This document shows positions 57,653 through 64,000 of a DNA stretch of 64,000 bases, one piece after another; within the stretch, counting starts at the first letter, position 1; each line of letters starts with the position of its first letter. The notes under the pieces were generated by a model, which was not told where the DNA came from, did not search any database, and saw nothing but the letters and a program-made list of their open reading frames with translations. The DNA is from an actinobacterium acAMD-2. Its GTDB lineage: Bacteria; Actinomycetota; Actinomycetes; UBA12327. Position numbers and translations under genes: made by a program. The stretch is taken from contig JNSE01000001.1 in assembly GCA_000754455.1 (NCBI GenBank), positions 13,923 through 77,922 on the forward strand, in the 5' to 3' direction.

Positions 57653-57768
57653 GTGCGAACAGCGTAGGGGTCAAGGTGCCCTGGGCGCAGGCAACCCTGT
57701 GGGATGGGCGATAATAGGGGACTGATCCTCAAGCTTGGGAATCACAGACACGTTGAAAGGGGTGTGCG

Positions 57769-57936
57769 ATGGCCGCCATGAAGCCACGCACGGGCGACGG
57801 ACCACTCGAGGTCACCAAGGAGACCCGTGGGGGAATCGTCATGCGCATCCCACTCGAAGGTGGCGGACGCCTCGTCGTTGAGATCTCTGCCGGTGAAGCC
57901 AGCGCCCTGGCCGAAGAACTTAAAGGCGTGGTCTAA
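57769..57936 (+). CDS. DUF3117 small conserved protein (Rv1211-like), 55 aa; not in the supplied ORF track because it is under 60 aa
   Basis: I translated it myself: MAAMKPRTGDGPLEVTKETRGGIVMRIPLEGGGRLVVEISAGEASALAEELKGVV. It is highly characteristic of the actinobacterial DUF3117 family. Coordinates are accurate to within a few nt. Confidence 0.6.
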   Translation: MAAMKPRTGDGPLEVTKETRGGIVMRIPLEGGGRLVVEISAGEASALAEELKGVV

Positions 57937-58004
57937 GCCGTAACGGTGATATCAGAATTGATCCGCATTGGACGTCCCCTCCTTCAAGGAGCGGGGCGTC
58001 TTTT

Positions 58005-59543
58005 GTGTTGTGTCCGCGTTGCGAAACTGACAGGGTGGGGGATATGAGCGCACCGCTGCTGGATATCCGCACCTCGAAGCGCACTCATGATGATTCGGTC
58101 GATGTGCACGTGGTGGTAGTCGGTGATCGCTTGACCCGTAAGGGTCGGATGTCGAAGGCCGATAGCGAGCTAGCCCACGAGCACGCAATTGATCTGCATC
58201 AACGCCTCGAACGCGAAGACTTCACCGGCGCCACCGGCTCACTAGTCAGCATTGACATTGAAGCCAGCCCAACAAAACTTAAAGCCTTTGTCGTAGTGGG
58301 GGTGGGTGCGGGCAAGGCTCATGATGTGCGCATTGCCGCGTCAGTTCTGAGCCGTCGTATCGCCCGTCCGGAGGCAAAATCGGTCTTTGTATCCGGATTG
58401 GCGGTTGTCAGCGACGATGAGATGCGGGCCTGGGTCGAAGGGCTCTACATCGGCGGTTATCGCTTTGTCGGCTATGGCAGCGCTACGAAAAAGCCAACCA
58501 AGACTGTGGTGATCGTGGGATCGGCCACTGGCCGGGTTCAACCTGTGGCCGAAGGCACCGCCAGTGGTGTGGCCGTCTGTTTAGGCCGCGATCTGGCGAA
58601 CACCCCATCAAATGTGAAGTCACCGCAGTGGTTGGTCAATCAAGCCCGCGCCGTGGCTCGCAAGAACGACTTGGCCATTGTGGTGCGCAATCGCGCGCAA
58701 TTGGTGCGCGAAGGTTTCGGTGGCATTGTTGCGGTGGGACAAGGATCGGTCCATCCGCCGGCGTTGGTGGAATTGGTCTATCGACCTAAGCGGCGTTCGG
58801 CAAAAACTCGTCGCATTGTTTTGGTGGGCAAGGGCATCACCTTTGACACCGGCGGGTTGTCCTTGAAACCGCCGGACGCGATGGTTCCGATGAAAACGGA
58901 CATGAGCGGATCAGCTGCCGTCTTGGCAGCGATGCAAGCAATCGCTCAACTCAAGCCGAACGTGGAAGTGATTGGCCTTCTCGCGATTGCCGAGAATGCG
59001 ATCAGCGGAAGTGCCATGCGACCAGGCGATGTCATCACACACTTTGGGGGCACCACGGTTGAGGTGCGCAACACTGATGCGGAAGGTCGACTCGTTCTCG
59101 CCGATGCGCTGGCGTACGCGGACCAGGAATTGAACCCGGATGTCATTGTTGACTTGGCTACGTTGACCGGAGCCGCAAGTTTGGGACTTGGCCGGATTCA
59201 TGGCGCGATGTATGCAACCTCCGACGCTGCAGCCACGCGTTGGCTCAAGGCCGCCGATGCGGCTGGTGAGCCGGTCTGGCGCTTGCCACTAGTTGACGAA
59301 TACGAGCACGCGCTGGACAGCGATATTGCCGATGTGTGTCATATTTCGACCGATCCCCATGTGGGGGCAGGCTCGATCACGGCAGCCCTTTTCCTGCGAC
59401 GCTTCGTGGGTAGGCGTACCTGGCTACACCTTGATATTGCCGGCCCCGCACGCTCTGATGCTGACCGCCGCTTGATTACTCGAGGCGGAACTGCTTATGG
59501 AACAGCAAGCCTGATCCGCTGGGTTGAATCCTTTAGCGCCTGA
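58005..59543 (+). CDS. pepA: leucyl aminopeptidase (M17 family, PepA/PepB)
   Basis: NTDAEGRLVLADAL motif and the M17 catalytic domain. A likely shorter start is at 58044 (MSAPLLDIR). Confidence 0.85.
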   Translation: MLCPRCETDRVGDMSAPLLDIRTSKRTHDDSVDVHVVVVGDRLTRKGRMSKADSELAHEHAIDLHQRLEREDFTGATGSLVSIDIEASPTKLKAFVVVGVGAGKAHDVRIAASVLSRRIARPEAKSVFVSGLAVVSDDEMRAWVEGLYIGGYRFVGYGSATKKPTKTVVIVGSATGRVQPVAEGTASGVAVCLGRDLANTPSNVKSPQWLVNQARAVARKNDLAIVVRNRAQLVREGFGGIVAVGQGSVHPPALVELVYRPKRRSAKTRRIVLVGKGITFDTGGLSLKPPDAMVPMKTDMSGSAAVLAAMQAIAQLKPNVEVIGLLAIAENAISGSAMRPGDVITHFGGTTVEVRNTDAEGRLVLADALAYADQELNPDVIVDLATLTGAASLGLGRIHGAMYATSDAAATRWLKAADAAGEPVWRLPLVDEYEHALDSDIADVCHISTDPHVGAGSITAALFLRRFVGRRTWLHLDIAGPARSDADRRLITRGGTAYGTASLIRWVESFSA

Positions 59544-59553
59544 AACGCGTTAC

Positions 59554-60315
59554 TTAGCTAACGATGGCAGCGAGCAAACCATCGCCCACGGGCAACAGCA
59601 CCGGCACCAATCGCTCATCATCGCGGATGGCCTCAACGAGGGCACGACGTTCAATGGTTTCTGGATCGCGTTGTGCAGGATCTGCGACAAGGTCGTTGCC
59701 AAAAGCGCTAGCAAAGACAATCAGGCCACGCGTACGAACTAAGCGGATGGCCTGTTCAAGGCAGTGCAGGTATTCGTCAGGGGTTCCGTCAATGAGGACC
59801 AGGTCATACGCACCGTCAGCCAGGCGTGGCATCACATCTAATGCTCGGCCCGTGATCAGGCGGGTGCGATTGGGGCGAATGCCATCCTCGGCAAAAGCCT
59901 CGCGCGCTTGGCGCAGGTGTTCGCCTTCAATATCGATGCTGGTCAAAATCCCGTCGTTGGTCATGCCCCGAAGAAGCCAGAGCCCCGAGACGCCGGTGCC
60001 GGTGCCGATTTCGACCACATTACGGGCCTGGACCGAGGCGGCCAAGAAACGCAAGGCACCCCCGGCGCCTTGGCTGACGCAGGAAATGCTGAGCTCATCG
60101 GCTCGCGCGCGTGCGGCCGCAATGACGAAATCCTCGCCTACATAGTCCTCGGCAAATTGCCAGGAACCTTCCCGAGAAGCGATGGGAACCTCCAGCGACT
60201 CAAACCGGTCTAAGGACCAGTTGGTAATGATCAGGCCAGGTTCACAGGCTGTGAACTTGTTGATGATCAGCCTACCGGCGTACAGTTCCAATTCGCGCAC
60301 GTATGTGCGAGGCAC
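59554..60315 (-). CDS. class I SAM-dependent O-methyltransferase (caffeoyl-CoA OMT-like, Rv1220c-like)
   Basis: VVEIGTGTGVSGLWLLRGM SAM-binding motif. The true start is probably internal, because the ORF start abuts the htrA start. Confidence 0.75.
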   Translation of the reverse strand: MPRTYVRELELYAGRLIINKFTACEPGLIITNWSLDRFESLEVPIASREGSWQFAEDYVGEDFVIAAARARADELSISCVSQGAGGALRFLAASVQARNVVEIGTGTGVSGLWLLRGMTNDGILTSIDIEGEHLRQAREAFAEDGIRPNRTRLITGRALDVMPRLADGAYDLVLIDGTPDEYLHCLEQAIRLVRTRGLIVFASAFGNDLVADPAQRDPETIERRALVEAIRDDERLVPVLLPVGDGLLAAIVS

Positions 60316-60328
60316 TAGGAGGCATTCG

Positions 60329-61690
60329 GTGAGTCAGTGGCAAGGATCAACCCCAGACCCTGTTTCAGGACAGCCCTTAGGGCTCGACGATGTTCCAGCT
60401 CCCGAACCCAGCGCCGTCACTCCCGAGGTCAGTGAGACTCCAGTGGACTCACCCTTTGCCAGCCCGGCGCCTGCTGCTCCGATGACCGAGGGCTCGGTTC
60501 CGCCACCGCAATTCCCTAATGCGGTGCCGGTTGGTTACACACCAGGTGCACCTGGGTACGGCACACCACCACCGCGATCGGGTTTGCGAGCCGGACCGGT
60601 TATCGCCATCGCTGTCATCTTGGCTTTGCTTGCGGGCATCGTGGGTGGCGCATTGGGTTTTGCTTTCGCTAATCGTGTCTTCACCAACGATGGTGTCAAT
60701 CCGTCAATCTCCCTGGGCGCTGCACCGGCGGCTGGTACCAGTGATCGACCAGCGGATTCAATCGCGGGAGTGGCTGCCAAGGTTTTGCCAACTGTTGTCT
60801 CGCTTGATGTGGTGGGGCCTTCGCAAGCGGGTTCGGGTTCAGGTTTCATCATTCGAAGTGATGGTTACATCTTGACGAACAATCACGTCATTGAAGCTGC
60901 TGCTTCGCAAGGCACGGTGACTGCTGGATTTAACGATGGAACAAAGGCCACCGCCACCATCGTTGGCCGCGACCCGGCCTATGACCTGGCCGTGATCAAG
61001 GTGGACAAAAAGGACTTGCCCGCCCTGCCGTTGGGAAATTCGGATGATCTGGTCGTGGGCGACGCAGTGCTTGCCGTCGGCTCGCCGTTGGGCTTGACCG
61101 GAACGGTTACCACGGGAATCGTGAGTGCGTTGAACCGTCCGGTAACCGCTGGTGGTTCCGGGACCAATGACACGTCCTTCATCAATGCGATTCAAACGGA
61201 CGCTGCGATTAACCCGGGTAACTCGGGTGGACCGTTGGTCAACTCGGCGGGTTCTGCCATTGGTATTAACAGCGCGATTGCGACTTTGGGTGGTGCCTCG
61301 AGTGCGACCGGCAGCATCGGGGTGGGATTTGCTATTCCGATCAATCAAGCTCGACGAACTGCTGAGGAAATCATCAAGACAGGTAAGTCGACCAAGCCAG
61401 TGATTGGCGTGACACTCGATGTTCGCTACACCGGACCTGGGGCAAAGATCGCCGAAAACTCAATCGGTGGTGGACAGCCCATTACTCCCGGCGGTGCAGC
61501 GGACAAGGCTGGACTCAAGCCTGGTGATGTCGTCCTTAAGGTCAATGGCCGCACAATCAACACTGCTGATGAATTGATTGTGGCGATCCGGGCTTCACAG
61601 CCTGGGGATACTGTGACACTTAAGGTGCAGCGCGGAGGAAGCACTCAGGACTTCAAGGTCGTCCTGGGTAGTCAATCCACCACGGAATAG
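60329..61690 (+). CDS. htrA: HtrA/DegP family serine protease (trypsin-like S1C + PDZ) with N-terminal cytoplasmic region and TM anchor
   Basis: Catalytic triad context (NNHV; the Asp region; GNSGGPL) and a C-terminal PDZ domain. The start is set to the GTG at 60329, which is preceded by AGGAGG at 60317-60322. The longer ORF from 60182 would overlap the divergent OMT gene. Confidence 0.8.
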   Translation: MSQWQGSTPDPVSGQPLGLDDVPAPEPSAVTPEVSETPVDSPFASPAPAAPMTEGSVPPPQFPNAVPVGYTPGAPGYGTPPPRSGLRAGPVIAIAVILALLAGIVGGALGFAFANRVFTNDGVNPSISLGAAPAAGTSDRPADSIAGVAAKVLPTVVSLDVVGPSQAGSGSGFIIRSDGYILTNNHVIEAAASQGTVTAGFNDGTKATATIVGRDPAYDLAVIKVDKKDLPALPLGNSDDLVVGDAVLAVGSPLGLTGTVTTGIVSALNRPVTAGGSGTNDTSFINAIQTDAAINPGNSGGPLVNSAGSAIGINSAIATLGGASSATGSIGVGFAIPINQARRTAEEIIKTGKSTKPVIGVTLDVRYTGPGAKIAENSIGGGQPITPGGAADKAGLKPGDVVLKVNGRTINTADELIVAIRASQPGDTVTLKVQRGGSTQDFKVVLGSQSTTE

Positions 61691-61719
61691 TTCTTGAGCT
61701 CACGTGAGGCGGGTTAGCA

Positions 61720-62031
61720 GTGTTTGACATTGGCTTTGGCGAGTTCCTCGTGCTTGCTGTCTTGGCCTTGTTCGTCTTTGGCCCCGACAAGTTGCCTAAA
61801 GCCATCGCTGATGTAACCCGCATGCTCAAAAACCTGCGTCAGATGGCACAGGGGGCTAAGACGGAAATCACGTCGGCTCTTGATCCACAGTTGCAGGGCT
61901 TGGACTTGGCGGATTTGAACCCGCGCACGTTCGTTGAGCGGACATTAAATGGCACTGTCGATCCTGCCGTCAGTCCTGCAAAGACTTTGCCTAAGGGAAC
62001 GCCTGCTCCGTGGGATCCAGACACCACGTAG
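61720..62031 (+). CDS. tatB: twin-arginine translocase subunit TatB (TatA/E family)
   Basis: MFDIGFGEFLVLAVLALFVFGPDKLP, an N-terminal TM and an amphipathic helix. Confidence 0.8.
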   Translation: MFDIGFGEFLVLAVLALFVFGPDKLPKAIADVTRMLKNLRQMAQGAKTEITSALDPQLQGLDLADLNPRTFVERTLNGTVDPAVSPAKTLPKGTPAPWDPDTT

Positions 62032-62034
62032 GTC

Positions 62035-63168
62035 TTACTTGGCGGTGGGTGAGAGTCCTAGCGGTCGACCAACCAGTCCGCGCTCGCGTTGACCCAGTCG
62101 TTTGGCAACTGCAGAGAGTGCTTGGGCTGCCGGCGATTCCGGTGAGTGCAAGACGATGGGTGTTCCTTCGTCGCCACACTCGCGCAACGCAGGCTCGAGT
62201 GGAATGTGTGCTAGGACTTCGACCTTTGAGCCGGTGGTCTTGGTGAGTGCATCGGCAACAGCTTGACCACCACCAGATCCGAAGACCTCCATGCGCGTGC
62301 CGTCGGGCAGTTCCAGCCACGCCATGTTCTCGATAACTCCGGCGATGTTTTGATGCGTTTGCTGTGCGATCGTGCCAGCGCGTTCGGCGACTTCAGCCGA
62401 CGCAAGTTGTGGGGTAGTGACAATCAAGATTTCAGCATTGGGCAACAACTGGGCCATGGAGATAGCGATGTCGCCGGTGCCAGGCGGCAAGTCCAAGAGC
62501 AAGACATCCAAGTCGCCCCAGTACACGTCAGCGAGGAATTGTTGAAGTGCGCGGTGCAGCATCGGACCGCGCCACACCACGGGTGAGTTGCCGGGGGTAA
62601 ACATTCCCACCGAGATCACAGCCACACCGTGCGAGGACGGCGGCATGATCATGGACTCGACTTGAGTGGGCAATCCTTCAACCCCGAGCATGCGCGGAAT
62701 GGAGTGTCCGTAGATGTCCGCGTCCACGACGCCAACTTTGAGTCCGTCTCGTGCCATCGCCGCGGCCAGGTTGACCGTCACTGATGACTTTCCTACGCCG
62801 CCCTTGCCAGAAGCCACTGCGTAAACACGAGTCAGCGAATTGGGCTGAGTGAAGGTGATTTCCCGCTCGGCTTGTCCGCCGCGAAGTTGCGAAGCCAGGC
62901 CTTTGCGCTGCTCGTCGCTCATGACGTCGAGGACGACGTTGACTCCAGTGATTCCTTCGACCGCGGCGACCGCGGCAGTGACGTTGGTGGTGATGGTTTC
63001 GCGCAACGGACAAGCGGCGATGGTGAGGTAAATGGTGACTTCGGCAATACCGTCGTCGCTGACCTCAATCGACTTGACCATGCCCAATTCGGTGATGGGC
63101 TTGCGGATCTCGGGGTCTTCAACGCTGGCTAGTGCTTGTTGGATGGCCTCAATACGATCGCTGGACAT
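62035..63168 (-). CDS. mrp: Mrp/ApbC/NBP35 family iron-sulfur cluster carrier ATPase with N-terminal DUF59
   Basis: Deviant Walker A VASGKGGVGKSSVT and a CxxC motif (GTFT...). Confidence 0.9.
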   Translation of the reverse strand: MSSDRIEAIQQALASVEDPEIRKPITELGMVKSIEVSDDGIAEVTIYLTIAACPLRETITTNVTAAVAAVEGITGVNVVLDVMSDEQRKGLASQLRGGQAEREITFTQPNSLTRVYAVASGKGGVGKSSVTVNLAAAMARDGLKVGVVDADIYGHSIPRMLGVEGLPTQVESMIMPPSSHGVAVISVGMFTPGNSPVVWRGPMLHRALQQFLADVYWGDLDVLLLDLPPGTGDIAISMAQLLPNAEILIVTTPQLASAEVAERAGTIAQQTHQNIAGVIENMAWLELPDGTRMEVFGSGGGQAVADALTKTTGSKVEVLAHIPLEPALRECGDEGTPIVLHSPESPAAQALSAVAKRLGQRERGLVGRPLGLSPTAK

Positions 63169-63192
63169 GACCCTGAGCGTAGGACGCCAGGC

Positions 63193-63717
63193 TTACGGCT
63201 CGTTGCTCGGCTCTGGGGTAGGGGCAGAGGCCTGTTCGTTGACCGCTTTTTGCAAGTCGTCAAGCAGATCCTTGAGCTCATTGCGGATGAAGTCGCGAGT
63301 CGTCACGTCGTTGAGCGCAATGCGAAGGGCGGCGACCTCCCGGCTGAGGTAGTCAGCATCGGCAAGCAGGCGCTCAGTGCTGGCTCGGTCTTCTTGGTAC
63401 TGCACGCGATCGCGGTCAGATTGGCGGTTTTGGGCCAGCAAGATCAAAGGCGCGGCATAAGAGGCCTGCAGCGACAGAACCAAGGTCAGGCCGATGAACT
63501 GCCAGGGGTCAAAACGCCACGATTCTGGTCCGACGGTGTTAAATACCACCCACGCGACAACGAAGATCGTCATGTAGGCGATGAAGCGCCACGAACCAAT
63601 GAAGCGCGCTACGCGTTCGGAGGCGCGACCAAATACTTCTGGGTCCACAGATGGACGCAGGCTACGAGAACGGTCGAGCGGCTGATCCAGCCTGCTACGC
63701 CGTGTTTCACGAGCCAT
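63193..63717 (-). CDS. DUF1003 domain membrane protein
   Basis: Two TM helices and a coiled-coil C-terminus. It overlaps the upstream CBS gene by 11 nt. Confidence 0.65.
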   Translation of the reverse strand: MARETRRSRLDQPLDRSRSLRPSVDPEVFGRASERVARFIGSWRFIAYMTIFVVAWVVFNTVGPESWRFDPWQFIGLTLVLSLQASYAAPLILLAQNRQSDRDRVQYQEDRASTERLLADADYLSREVAALRIALNDVTTRDFIRNELKDLLDDLQKAVNEQASAPTPEPSNEP

Positions 63718-64000
63718 GAGTGAACTCCGTTGCGGTGTCGGTGCTTTCGCGCCAGTCTTCAGGAAGCATGTGGTCGATCACGTCGTCGACCGTGACCGCG
63801 CCAAGTAAGCGTTGGTGTTCGTCAACAACAGGAAGCGCCACCAAGTTGTATGTGGCAAACATGCGAGTGACTTCGCTCAGCGGCGCATCGGGTGAGATCC
63901 CCTGCAGTTCGGTATCAATGAGACCCGAAACCAACGCTGATGGAGGCTCGCGCAATAGGCGTTGGAAGTGCGCCACACCGAGATAGCGACCAGTGGGAGT
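63707..64000 (-). CDS. CBS-domain protein (MgtE-N/CBS type, Rv1232c-like), C-terminal part; the ORF is open to the window edge
   Basis: CBS motif LVALPVVDEHQRLLGAVTVDDVIDHM. The reading frame continues upstream of the GTG at 63976 with no stop before position 64000. Confidence 0.6.
   Translation of the reverse strand, partial: TPTGRYLGVAHFQRLLREPPSALVSGLIDTELQGISPDAPLSEVTRMFATYNLVALPVVDEHQRLLGAVTVDDVIDHMLPEDWRESTDTATEFTHGS

Noticed and set aside
57653-57768. Possible SAM or B12 riboswitch upstream of the MetE-like gene
   Set aside because: Only about 116 nt are available, and I see none of the B12-box or SAM-IV conserved elements, so it is too short for a cobalamin riboswitch.

Overview
This 64 kb window is a gene-dense stretch of high-GC (about 60%) actinobacterial chromosome. 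Gene order follows the Mycobacterium/Corynebacterium core throughout. Examples are greA with DUF4307; hemolysin III with the Rv1086-type Z-prenyl diphosphate synthase; glpX with fum; xseAB with ispH; ychF; mshB; fdxC with dapC; dapD with dapE followed by a LOG gene; folP2; and the O-methyltransferase, htrA, tatB, mrp run. LGFP repeats and the dapD-dapE-LOG arrangement point to a Corynebacterium-like organism that makes mycothiol. I found no tRNA or rRNA genes, no CRISPR array, and no IS elements, transposases or prophage genes. About 65 coding regions are supported: central metabolism (class I fumarase, GlpX, SdhCAB of the Rv0247c-0249c type, DapC/DapD/DapE, IspH, FolP2, MetE-like), cell-envelope functions and housekeeping. 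The regions that depart from the conserved backbone are the interesting ones. (1) An inserted block at 40.0-46.2 kb between mshB and fdxC-dapC holds a divergent FtsH-like AAA+/M41 protease paralog, a small membrane protein, a VanW protein and a full-length CysRS with degenerate HVGN/KMAKS motifs. (2) A citrate synthase gene carries an internal deletion and frameshift that removes the catalytic Asp loop. (3) A cassette pairs the Z-prenyl diphosphate synthase with a polyprenyl-phosphate sugar GT2 and a GT-C membrane glycosyltransferase ending in LGFP repeats. (4) A 3 kb GGDEF-EAL membrane protein sits at the greA locus. (5) Two lower-GC spots hold hypothetical and lipoprotein genes. (6) A 455 bp structured leader precedes an IsaA/SLT-type transglycosylase gene and may be a riboswitch. 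Several short in-frame tandem repeats are also recorded.
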